Assembly (NCBI RefSeq): GCF_000018105.1
Contig: NC_009925.1
Location: forward strand, 4,080,001 to 4,112,000
Source: Acaryochloris marina MBIC11017
Lineage (GTDB): Bacteria > Cyanobacteriota > Cyanobacteriia > Thermosynechococcales > Thermosynechococcaceae
Reading direction: 5' to 3'
DNA length: 32,000 nt
The notes under the pieces were generated by a model. That model made no database searches, was not told where the DNA came from, and was given only the letters and a program-made list of their open reading frames with translations. The stretch's first letter is position 1. Each line of letters begins with the position of its first letter. Shown here piece after piece: positions 1 through 8,493 of the stretch. Made by a program: the position numbers and the translations under genes.

Positions 1-115
1 TCGGTGGATCAGTCGCTTCCATCCACAAGGCCTCAAGGGTGTCGTGACAAGCATAATATTGGCCTTGATTGAACTCCTCAACCCCTTGCCAAAAAGCGGG
101 AGGTAGTTCATCCAT
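1..115 (-). CDS. DUF309-like protein, N-terminal part only (gene runs off the left edge)
   Basis: Absent from the ORF track because no stop lies in the window. The reverse strand from the ATG at 115-113 reads MDELPPAFWQGVEEFNQGQYYACHDTLEALWMEATDPP. This fits the F-N-x-G-x-Y/F-x-x-x-H-[DE]-x-L-E-x-x-W pattern I associate with DUF309. Its ATG overlaps the TAA of the upstream ftrC (TAATG). Confidence 0.55.
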   Translation of the reverse strand, partial: MDELPPAFWQGVEEFNQGQYYACHDTLEALWMEATDPP

Positions 116-477
116 TAAAACTTGTCTGTCTCAGTTCGGATTTGATCAACAGTGATGGTTTGTTGGTCCCCAGCAAAAGGATTATCAGGGGTTAGGAACA
201 ACATGCAGTGGCATTCTTTGCGTTCTCGCATGGGTACACAAGGACAATTCCAATAGGCAGCTGCCACTTCCGCTTCTTTATCTTCGTAATAACGGCAAGG
301 GCACAATGGAGCCCCTAAGTCATCTTTATGCTTAGCGAGACCTTCAATGACAACAGCTGTTGTTCCTAGATCCGAGCAAAAATACGTTCCAGTACGCTGA
401 GCATAGGTCTCAGAAAACTTGCGCATCGCCTCCAGGCTTTTTTCCGTGGCTTGTTGGGCACCGCTAGCTTGTGTCAT
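115..477 (-). CDS. ftrC: Ferredoxin-thioredoxin reductase, catalytic (beta) subunit
   Basis: 120-aa ORF with an ATG start. It carries the diagnostic CPC...CPC...CHC cysteine set (CPCRYY..., WNCPCVPMRERKECHCMLF) of the 4Fe-4S/disulfide FTR catalytic chain. Confidence 0.9.
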   Translation of the reverse strand: MTQASGAQQATEKSLEAMRKFSETYAQRTGTYFCSDLGTTAVVIEGLAKHKDDLGAPLCPCRYYEDKEAEVAAAYWNCPCVPMRERKECHCMLFLTPDNPFAGDQQTITVDQIRTETDKF

Positions 478-684
478 AGGATCCTTGGGGTCAAAAACTT
501 GGGGACAGAATATTGGCTACTTTTGGTTTAAAGCCTACCACTATTGGTTTGTGTTTATGGGCCGCAATCCTTCTGAGTAGGAAAAATCTCAAAGGACATC
601 TCACCTGACCGTTGTTGCTCTGTGAACGCTCAATCCTAGAAGCCTCCAGTTGCCTACCGTTCAAAAAACAGGCAACAATGAAAG

Positions 685-2016
685 ATGTATTACACTCTTT
701 CTCATTCCATGGCTTCAGTTCAACCCACCACGAAACATACTGCTGTCGCGGAAGTTAATGCCCCGTCTTCCACCAGCTTTGACTATGACGTCGCCATCGT
801 CGGGGGTGGAATCGTTGGCGCAACTCTCGCTGCAGCCCTCAAAGATACAAACTTGCGGGTGGTCGTGATTGAAGCACAACCCCGCTCAGTGGCCGTCGCG
901 AAAGGACAAGCCTATGCGATTCACCTCAGTTCTAGTCGAATTTATCAGGGAATTGGCGTTTGGGAGGCTATTGCTCCTCAAGTCGAATATTTTTCCCAGG
1001 TGCATCTCTCGGATGGCAATTGTCCCAGTGTCGTCAAATTTAAGCCGAGAGATTTGGGGACGCCTGTTTTAGGTTATGTTGCCGAACATCGAGTGTTACT
1101 CAAAGAGCTACTTCAGTTTCTGGAAACGTGTGAGCATGTTGACTGGTGCTGTCCTGCTCAAGTAACAACCACCCATTACCATCCTCATGGTGTAGAGGTT
1201 CAATTGGCACCCAGCTCTGCTGGAGTAGAAGCAGCCCATCGGCATGAGGTCGAGTCTCTTCCCCAAACTTTAAACGTCAGAATGTTGGTGGCGGCAGATG
1301 GATCCCGATCTCAAGTTCGTCAGCAGGCTGGTATTACCACTCAAGGCTGGGATTATTGGCAATCCTGTCTTGTGGCGACCATTGCTCCCGAGAAGTTTCA
1401 TAACCATATTGCCTATGAGCGGTTTTGGCCCAGTGGTCCTTTTGCTATTTTGCCGATTGCAAATCGCCAATGTCGAATTGTGTGGACGGCTCCCCATGCT
1501 CAAGCCCAAGCATTATTAGAATTAGAAGAAGATCAGTTTCTAGACTTACTTCAGCAGCGATACGGATCGCAAATGGGCAAACTTTCTCTAGTGGGACACC
1601 GTTTCCTATTTCCAGCGAAATGGATGCATTCCACTCAATATACGGGGCACCGACTTGCTTTGGTCGGTGATGCTGCCCATACCTGCCATCCGGTCGGAGG
1701 CCAAGGATTAAACTTAGGCATTCGGGATGCAGCAGCCTTAGCCCAAGTCCTGCATGTCGCTCATCAAGCCGGTCAAGATATCGGGAGTGTTCAGGTACTG
1801 CGGCAATATCAGCGTTGGCGTCGCCGCCAAAATTGGCTAGCCCTCGGTTTTACCGACATTCTCAATCGAGTCTTTTCCAATCGGTGGTTCTTAGTGGTTC
1901 AAGGACGGCGCTTGGGCTTGCGTATATTGCAATGGATTGCTCCCCTGCGGATCCTGGCGCTCCGCTTTATGGCTGGTTTGAGTGGCCGTTTGCCGAACCT
2001 GGCACAACCTAAGTAG
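685..2016 (+). CDS. FAD-dependent monooxygenase, UbiH/UbiF/VisC/COQ6 family (probable quinone-ring hydroxylase)
   Basis: 443-aa ORF. It has an N-terminal Rossmann GxGxxG (VAIVGGGIVGATLA), the ADGxxS motif (VAADGSRSQVR) and the family fingerprint GDAAHTCHPVGGQGLNLGIRDA. An alternative in-frame ATG lies at 709. Confidence 0.85.
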   Translation: MYYTLSHSMASVQPTTKHTAVAEVNAPSSTSFDYDVAIVGGGIVGATLAAALKDTNLRVVVIEAQPRSVAVAKGQAYAIHLSSSRIYQGIGVWEAIAPQVEYFSQVHLSDGNCPSVVKFKPRDLGTPVLGYVAEHRVLLKELLQFLETCEHVDWCCPAQVTTTHYHPHGVEVQLAPSSAGVEAAHRHEVESLPQTLNVRMLVAADGSRSQVRQQAGITTQGWDYWQSCLVATIAPEKFHNHIAYERFWPSGPFAILPIANRQCRIVWTAPHAQAQALLELEEDQFLDLLQQRYGSQMGKLSLVGHRFLFPAKWMHSTQYTGHRLALVGDAAHTCHPVGGQGLNLGIRDAAALAQVLHVAHQAGQDIGSVQVLRQYQRWRRRQNWLALGFTDILNRVFSNRWFLVVQGRRLGLRILQWIAPLRILALRFMAGLSGRLPNLAQPK

Positions 2017-2402
2017 ACTCATAGGAACTCATCTATACTTTCAAGGGACCCAGAAGAAATGGCTGCAAGGCACCATAGTAGAGTCAATGCCTCAGTATTC
2101 TGGGATGTGATCTGTTCTATCGACTTCTCGTTACCACTCCCGAAAGCCAAGGATTGCATAGACTCCTTACAGGTACTACAACAACGGCTCGAAGATCTGA
2201 ATTTACAGTTGAATATAGATGTGTGTCAGGGAAATGCGAACGCAAAATTCAAACCTTGCTTTAGATGGCGATATCAGTGCCATCGTCGCTTCTCCCACAT
2301 CTTGGGACGTTGTCGAGTCCCAGTTTTGCTGGAGGGAGGGTACGCAGAAGCTGGCACCCAATTTTGCTAGTGTCACCTGCGTAGGATGGTAGTGATCTCG
2401 AC

Positions 2403-3995
2403 TTAGGTTTGAAATTTCTGCCCTTGGGCATTTTCAAGCTTAATCAAAATATTGGGTTTAATTTTCTCCAACTCAGCCTTCAGCATTTGCTTACTGGTCA
2501 TGGCTGAACCTGGGACAACAGCCCCTCGACTGATGCGCATCCAATCTTGAAAGATTTGTTTCTGATAAGGAGCAATCGGTACGGTACAAACGTTAGCGGG
2601 TTGTTCAGGATCCTCTCGGGAGAAGAAAATGAGTGGGTAATAGCCAGTTTGACTTAGCAATTGCACCGCTTTCTCACCGCGAGCATCCTTTAAATCTAGA
2701 TAGCAAGGCAACCACTTTGGCCCTGACATCGGATCATAAATCGTCGTAATCCACAGCACCATGGGATGAGGATGAATCGTGCATAAAAACTGGTTATAGC
2801 GGGTATTCAGCAGCCGCTGGCTGACTTCAGAACGCGGCAACATTACCCATAAGGCCACCGCTTCTTCCTTTTCAGTTTTTAATAATTGTGGAAATACAAT
2901 ATCTGCAATAGGCTTATTTTTGGGCCAAGCGACATTCCAGCCTGCATCTTCAATGGACCAGAACCGTTGCTGGGGATTTGGGATAGAGGGAACACGGGCT
3001 GTTCCGAGAGTGCGGCGTCGATCCGATACGGTGCTTTGGTGGGATTCTTTTTCGACGATGACAGGTTCATCAATTTCGACTTTGCCTCCATCCAAACCTT
3101 GCTCTATCAAAGTTTGGATGACCGCCAAAATATCAGCCATGGTCTGGGGGCGAGCGTCCGGAGACTTCGCCATACAAGACATAATTAAGTCATTGAGAGA
3201 GGTAGGGATTTGTAATCCAGGGGCGACTTGGTGAAAGGTTTTAGGAACTTGAGAGCGATGGGCATGATACCAGCTGCCAATCGAATTGGTTTCGGCCTGA
3301 ATAGGGATATGTCCTGTCAGCACCTCAAACATCGTAATGCCGAGACTATATATATCAGAACGATTATCTAGATCTTTGCCAGCAATCTGTTCAGGAGAAC
3401 AATAAGCTAACGTTCCCATAAACGAGCCTGTTTGATTGGATTCAGAGGTGTCTGATAAAAACTGAGCAATGCCAAAATCTAAGACTTTAGCTAAAGTCCC
3501 TAAACTAGGATCAGAAATCACAAAAGCGTTGCTAGGCTTAATATCGCGATGGATCACTTGACAGTGTTTGCCATCAATTTTTATGCCTTGGTGTGCACAT
3601 TCTAATCCCAGGCACATATGCCGCATTAACCGCAAAAATTGGTTAATACCTAAGGGTTGAGCAGCAATCACATCACTTAAATTCTTTCCCTCCATATACT
3701 CCATGACATAGAAGGGTGCTTCATTACGGTGCACACCGTAATCTAAAACCCTGACGATATGGAGACTCCGCTGTCCCAGTTGTGCTCCAGTGCGAGCTTC
3801 ATGGGCAAACCGCATTTTCATCTTCTCACTCAGTAACGTTTGAGCGAGAAATTTAACGGCAACTGTGACACCACCTAGGAGCTGATCTTCTGCCCGATAC
3901 ACCTTTCCCATTGAGCCTTGACCAATCAGCTCTGCTAACCGATATCGGTTGATCAGCACTTGACCAAGATTTGGATCGGTGTTGTCATCAATCAT
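2403..3995 (-). CDS. Hanks-type Ser/Thr protein kinase with an unassigned C-terminal domain
   Basis: The ORF track extends to 4037, but that first codon is TTG. The first ATG is at 3995 (MIDDNTDPNLGQ...). Kinase motifs seen are GQGSMGKVY (P-loop), VAVK, HRDIKPSN (catalytic loop), DFGIA and SPEQ. The C-terminal ~190 aa has no motif I can name. Confidence 0.85.
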   Translation of the reverse strand: MIDDNTDPNLGQVLINRYRLAELIGQGSMGKVYRAEDQLLGGVTVAVKFLAQTLLSEKMKMRFAHEARTGAQLGQRSLHIVRVLDYGVHRNEAPFYVMEYMEGKNLSDVIAAQPLGINQFLRLMRHMCLGLECAHQGIKIDGKHCQVIHRDIKPSNAFVISDPSLGTLAKVLDFGIAQFLSDTSESNQTGSFMGTLAYCSPEQIAGKDLDNRSDIYSLGITMFEVLTGHIPIQAETNSIGSWYHAHRSQVPKTFHQVAPGLQIPTSLNDLIMSCMAKSPDARPQTMADILAVIQTLIEQGLDGGKVEIDEPVIVEKESHQSTVSDRRRTLGTARVPSIPNPQQRFWSIEDAGWNVAWPKNKPIADIVFPQLLKTEKEEAVALWVMLPRSEVSQRLLNTRYNQFLCTIHPHPMVLWITTIYDPMSGPKWLPCYLDLKDARGEKAVQLLSQTGYYPLIFFSREDPEQPANVCTVPIAPYQKQIFQDWMRISRGAVVPGSAMTSKQMLKAELEKIKPNILIKLENAQGQKFQT

Positions 3996-4908
3996 TGTAT
4001 GATTGCTCTCCCACACGCCGATCGAATTGACTCCCAAACAAGGTAGTGATTGTCCTAATGTTGTGCGTTCTTCTCAACGGTATGCTATCAACAAGTGTCA
4101 TCACTCAACAGTTTTCCCAGAAGGTTCAGAATTTGAACAGTTTCTGCAACACTTGCCAAGCATCAATAGAGTATTCTCTACAAACTGTCGATTTTCTTCC
4201 AGGAAACTCAAGCATAACTTTGTAGACTGAATATTGAAGTACATCAATCTTAACTTATCTTTTTCAAGTCTCTTCATCCTCCGTAAGTATTCATCAAACA
4301 AGTACAGAGAGATGAATTAGAGGAATAAACGCTATCATTTTTTACAATCTGAACTATAAAATTCAGATAAATTCAATTTTAAGAAACAAAATTGGGAATT
4401 ATAATCACTAGTGTTAGCTCGAATGTGATAGTAACTCAGCCTAGCTATGTAAATGCTGTCCATCGTTAGGTCACTACTTAATAAATGCCGACGTTATAAA
4501 TACAGCTATGTTGTGCTGACGTACTAAACAATTGATCTAAATATCGAGTTCATTAGGTAAACCGGGGGGATTATCTTCAAATCTTTATATTTCAAAACAC
4601 ATATCACCAGTATTGAGCGTTTTAGGGCCGCAAAGTTCTGAAGTACAGCTTTAGCTTGCTCTCATTTTGGCTCCCGAAGCTGGTGCGAAACTCACAAATC
4701 CGCAACACTCTTAGGTCTGTCATTTTTTGGGAGCAGTAGCTTTTGTGCTCTTATTGTTTGTCGTCTGTAAGGCAAATTCACAAGGGCAGACGAAGTTCTA
4801 ATGGCGTCTTCCGGGCAACTTCTCTAGACCTGCTCATGGAGCATGACGATTAACCATTGTCATTAGTTTCCGCATCATTATTCACCTTATTTACGAAGTA
4901 GACAGCAC

Positions 4909-5289
4909 ATGAAATTCCAAGATATTTATCGATATTTTCAAGAACCACCACCTATCTATCTCAGTAAAGAAGTAGCGGTTTGCTACGTGTTATCTGTGCT
5001 GATTGACCATGGTGATTCTTATGGAACAGCATTGATCCAGCTTGTAGAGAATAACCATCCGCTATATCGTTTGTCAGATACGGTATTGTACAGCGCACTC
5101 AAATTCTTAGAAGATGAGGGTGTAATCAGAGGCTATTGGCAAAAAGTAGAAGGCCGAGGACGTCCACGCCGCATGTATGAAGTGGCTACAGAGAAATCTG
5201 ATGAGGCCAGGAAACTGGGGCGTTTGTGGCATCAATTCCTCGGTGAAGAGCAGCTAGTCTCAGGGGCTCAGCAACTTAGATCTGGTTGA
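4909..5289 (+). CDS. PadR-family winged-helix transcriptional regulator
   Basis: 126-aa ORF with an ATG start. YVLSVLIDHGDSYGTALIQLVE...SDTVLYSALKFLEDEGVIRGYW...GRGRPRRMYEVT matches the PadR wHTH pattern (GY.l...i......G.lY..L..Le..G.i......grprk.Y.lT). Confidence 0.75.
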   Translation: MKFQDIYRYFQEPPPIYLSKEVAVCYVLSVLIDHGDSYGTALIQLVENNHPLYRLSDTVLYSALKFLEDEGVIRGYWQKVEGRGRPRRMYEVATEKSDEARKLGRLWHQFLGEEQLVSGAQQLRSG

Positions 5290-5315
5290 GTATTTTTTAT
5301 ATCCAATTATTAGTT

Positions 5316-5349
5316 ATCGGCATTAGATTTTGGTCTAATGCCGATTTTC
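5316..5349 (+). terminator. Rho-independent terminator downstream of the PadR-like gene
   Basis: Perfect 11-bp stem, ATCGGCATTAG (5316-5326) with CTAATGCCGAT (5335-5345). The loop is 8 nt and is followed by TTTTC, 27 nt after the stop codon. Confidence 0.7.
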
Positions 5350-5416
5350 TATGAGCAGTTGTGCTGATGTGGCTTTCTTTATTTCAGCTTCAGGATGGTC
5401 AGTGTTTTTAGTAAAA

Positions 5417-5504
5417 CGGAGAGGAGAGGATTCGAACCTCCGGAGCCCGTGAGGGCTCATCTGATTTCAAGTCAGACGCAATCGACCAACTCTGCCACCT
5501 CTCC
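5417..5504 (-). tRNA. tRNA-Ser (anticodon UGA), class II with long variable arm; CCA not encoded
   Basis: The reverse complement reads GGAGAGG-TG-...-TCTGA-CTTGAAA-TCAGA-(GAGCCC TCAC GGGCTC variable arm)-GGAGG-TTCGAAT-CCTCT-CCTCTCC-G. The acceptor stem has 7 bp, the T-loop is GTTCGAAT and the anticodon loop is CU-UGA-AA. Confidence 0.9.
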
Positions 5505-5673
5505 TAATCTATGTTCTTTGAATAGATATCAAAGTCCACTGTCCATCTTAACCTAAGGAGTTCTGAATCTTTGGAGTCTATGACAGATTTTTCGAGGCGC
5601 TCGATTCATTTACATTTGTAATCGTGATTGCCACTAAAGTTGGACAACATAACGATCACCAAGACAAAACGGA

Positions 5674-6147
5674 ATGATAGACGGCATGCCTCCCACTTCT
5701 CAAGAAACCATCACTGTAGACTCATCTATGATTCTTGGATTTGATCCAGGGCGACAAAAATGTGGGTTAGCTGTCATGGGGATAGACCAGACGATTCACT
5801 GGCATCAAGTGGTGGTAGCTTCCCAAGTAATTGATTCTATTAATGCTTTGTGCGAAATCTATCCAATCTCCTTATTAGTAATGGGGAATCAGACTACTTC
5901 GAAAGAATGGCTGCAAGTTTTAAATGAAAAGTATGCTCTGAATCTTGACATCGTTCAGGTTGATGAACGCAATAGCACGCTAGAAGCCCGATCCAGATAT
6001 TGGCAGATTTACCCGCCTCAAGGGATTCACCGCTTCATTCCCCAGAGTTTACGCAAGATTAATCATCCTATCGATGACATTGTGGCCATTCTCTTAATTG
6101 AGCGTTATTTAGAAAAGCCCAAGGATATTGATGATTTACAGGCATAA
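5674..6147 (+). CDS. YqgF/RuvX-like RNase H-fold nuclease (divergent paralog; putative resolvase / pre-16S rRNA nuclease-like)
   Basis: 157-aa ORF. ILGFDPGRQKCGLAV matches LG.D.G.kriGvA. Further matches are VMGNQ...SKEW, VQVDERNSTLEAR (DER.TT..A) and IDDIVAILLIERYL (vD..AA..IL..yL). The true start may be the internal ATG at 5728 (MILGFDPG). Confidence 0.6.
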   Translation: MIDGMPPTSQETITVDSSMILGFDPGRQKCGLAVMGIDQTIHWHQVVVASQVIDSINALCEIYPISLLVMGNQTTSKEWLQVLNEKYALNLDIVQVDERNSTLEARSRYWQIYPPQGIHRFIPQSLRKINHPIDDIVAILLIERYLEKPKDIDDLQA

Positions 6148-6426
6148 GAAATAGCTTGGGGAAAAATATTGCCATATTCAGACTATCCGTTATCCTGACG
6201 GTTCACCCATAATCGATAAAAGATAGGCTGGCAATGATTTATCTACTATATACTGATTAAATTCTGAGCAAATTTACTTAGGATTAGTATAATCAGGATG
6301 ACAGCCTAGACTTTTGCTCCTTGAAGTAGACTGAAAAAGATTAGAACTCTATTTTTTAGAAATTAGACTTTAAGGTCACGTTGTTGACGCAGTATAAATA
6401 GGAATGTATCAGGAGATTAGTTAGAT

Positions 6427-7122
6427 ATGCCCCAAACTCAGGCTATTTCAGAAATTGACTTCTATAGTGACACCTACAAAGATGCTTACAGTCGTATTGA
6501 CGGCATTGTGATCGAAGGTGAGCAAGAAGCGCATGAAAACTATATTCGTCTTGGCGAAATGCTGCCTGAGCACCAAGACGACTTTATCCGCCTGTCCAAG
6601 ATGGAAGCCCGTCATAAGAAAGGGTTTGAAGCCTGCGGTCGCAACTTAAAAGTAACCTGCGATCTAGACTTTGCCCGGCGTTTCTTTTCCGACTTACACA
6701 AGAATTTTCAAGATGCTGCAGCTGAGGATAAAGTGCCAACTTGCTTAGTGATTCAGTCCTTGATCATTGAGTGTTTTGCGATCGCAGCTTACAACATCTA
6801 TATCCCCGTCGCTGATGACTTTGCCCGTAAGATTACAGAGTCTGTGGTTAAGGATGAGTATCAACACCTCAATTATGGTGAAGAGTGGCTTAAAGCTCAC
6901 TTCGATGATGTGAAAGCAGAAATCCAAGAAGCTAATCGCAAAAACCTCCCCATCGTTTGGAGAATGCTGAACGAAGTGGACAAGGATGCGGCCGTTTTAG
7001 GAATGGAAAAAGAAGCCCTGGTTGAAGACTTCATGATCCAGTATGGTGAAGCCCTTAGCAATATTGGTTTCTCTACAGGCGAAATTATGCGGATGTCTGC
7101 CTATGGTCTTGTGGCTGCGTAA
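6427..7122 (+). CDS. ado: Aldehyde-deformylating oxygenase (alkane biosynthesis, ferritin-like di-iron enzyme)
   Basis: 231-aa ORF with ATG preceded by AGGAG. The full di-iron ligand set sits at the expected positions: E32, E60-x-x-H63 (KMEARH), E115 (IIECFAI) and E144-x-x-H147 (KDEYQH). It lies immediately upstream of aar, as in other cyanobacteria. Confidence 0.95.
   Translation: MPQTQAISEIDFYSDTYKDAYSRIDGIVIEGEQEAHENYIRLGEMLPEHQDDFIRLSKMEARHKKGFEACGRNLKVTCDLDFARRFFSDLHKNFQDAAAEDKVPTCLVIQSLIIECFAIAAYNIYIPVADDFARKITESVVKDEYQHLNYGEEWLKAHFDDVKAEIQEANRKNLPIVWRMLNEVDKDAAVLGMEKEALVEDFMIQYGEALSNIGFSTGEIMRMSAYGLVAA
6778..6785. repeat. HIP1 octamer GCGATCGC
   Basis: Exact palindrome read at these coordinates, inside ado. 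Confidence 0.9.
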
Positions 7123-7176
7123 ACGTCGCATCACTAACCCATGGCAAATTATGCCATGGCATTGTTAAAGACCTCG

Positions 7177-7210
7177 AAAGAGCCAGACTCAAAGCCTGGC
7201 TCTTTCTGTT
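7177..7210 (+). terminator. Rho-independent terminator between ado and aar
   Basis: 10-bp stem, AAAGAGCCAG (7177-7186) with CTGGCTCTTT (7196-7205). The loop is 9 nt and is followed by a T-rich CTGTTT tract. A second hairpin, CCATGGCA-AATTA-TGCCATGG, lies just upstream (about 7139-7159). Confidence 0.65.
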
Positions 7211-7394
7211 TCAGGGTTAGCGGCTCGTCCTAATTCTAAACACCTTCACGTCATATCCACCACTTTTTCTGGTTCGAAATAACGGTTTGCTGTAATATTA
7301 AGTAACATTGTTGTGTACTATTGCAACAGTCTTTTATTTACACATTCGCAGTAAGCCTGTTTGAAACAGCCATGCTTACTCCTTTCTAAAATTT

Positions 7395-8420
7395 ATGTTT
7401 GGTCTAATTGGTCATCTAACCAGCTTGCAGCATGCTCAATCCGTCGCTCGAGAACTAGGATATCCAGAGTACGCTGATCAAGGCTTAGATTTTTGGTGTA
7501 TGGCCCCGCCTCAAATCGTTGATGACATTACGGTTACAAGTATTACGGGGCAAACTATTTACGGTAAATATGTCGAGTCTTGTTTTCTACCAGAGATGCT
7601 AGCCTCTCAGCGGATCAAAGCGGCGACTCGTAAAATCGTTAATGCCATGGCCCATGCTCAGAAAAATGGGATTAATATAACTGCTTTAGGTGGTTTTTCC
7701 TCCATTATTTTCGAGAATTTTAATTTACAGCGAATTACTCGTATACGAAATATTCAACTAGACTTACAGCGTTTTACGACCGGGAATACCCATACGGCCT
7801 ATATTATTTGCCGTCAAGTGGAGCAAGGCGCTCAAAAGCTAGGGATTGACCTCAACAAAGCCACCGTTGCTGTTTGTGGCGCCACAGGCGATATTGGTAG
7901 TGCCGTATGTCGCTGGCTAGATGCCCGTACAGATACAGCTGAATTACTCTTAGTTGCCCGCCATCAAGGCCGTCTGGAAACCTTACAGTCTGAGCTGGGG
8001 CGAGGCAAAATCATGTCGATTGAAGAAGCCCTACCCCAAGCAGATATCGTTGTTTGGGTTGCCAGTATGCCCAAGGGTATCGAGATTGATGCTGAAAATC
8101 TAAAGCATCCTTGCCTTATGATTGATGGCGGCTATCCGAAGAACTTAGGGACAAAAATTCAGCATCCTGATGTTCATATTCTCAATGGTGGTATTGTCGA
8201 GCATTCTCTAGATATCGATTGGAAAATCATGCATATCGTCAACATGAATATTCCCAATCGTCAGTTATTTGCCTGTTTTGCCGAATCCATGCTCCTAGAA
8301 TTTGAGCAGCTCCACACGAATTTTTCGTGGGGACGCAACGAAATTACGGTTGCCAAGATGGAAAAAATTGGTGAAATCTCTCTCAAACATGGCTTTAAAC
8401 CCTTAGCACTTGCTGTCTAA
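7395..8420 (+). CDS. aar: Acyl-ACP reductase (fatty aldehyde-forming; alkane biosynthesis)
   Basis: 341-aa ORF. The N-terminus [11 protein letters not shown] is typical of AAR. It has the NAD(P)H-binding motif [11 protein letters not shown] and Cys294 in LFACFAES at the position of the catalytic thiol. It sits directly downstream of ado. Confidence 0.95.
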   Translation: MFGLIGHLTSLQHAQSVARELGYPEYADQGLDFWCMAPPQIVDDITVTSITGQTIYGKYVESCFLPEMLASQRIKAATRKIVNAMAHAQKNGINITALGGFSSIIFENFNLQRITRIRNIQLDLQRFTTGNTHTAYIICRQVEQGAQKLGIDLNKATVAVCGATGDIGSAVCRWLDARTDTAELLLVARHQGRLETLQSELGRGKIMSIEEALPQADIVVWVASMPKGIEIDAENLKHPCLMIDGGYPKNLGTKIQHPDVHILNGGIVEHSLDIDWKIMHIVNMNIPNRQLFACFAESMLLEFEQLHTNFSWGRNEITVAKMEKIGEISLKHGFKPLALAV

Positions 8421-8493
8421 GCTAGTCATAGTAATAGTTTGGGGACTGACCCAAACGTGTTTAACGAGTCAGGGTCGAGAGTGTTGGTTCTAT

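Noticed and set aside
2059-2370. 103-aa plus-strand ORF filling the 386-bp gap between the convergent monooxygenase and kinase genes
   Set aside because: It is Cys/Arg/His-rich with no recognisable motif and no convincing Shine-Dalgarno sequence, and its composition differs from neighbouring genes. Equally long but unconvincing alternative frames exist on the minus strand. I cannot support it as a gene, though a decayed pseudogene or 3' UTR is possible.
4003-4301. Two overlapping small ORFs (4003-4230 plus strand, 4101-4301 minus strand) upstream of the kinase
   Set aside because: They are mutually exclusive. The minus-strand ORF starts at a TTG. Both are AT-rich low-information sequence with no motifs. 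They are most likely chance ORFs in the promoter or 5' UTR region.
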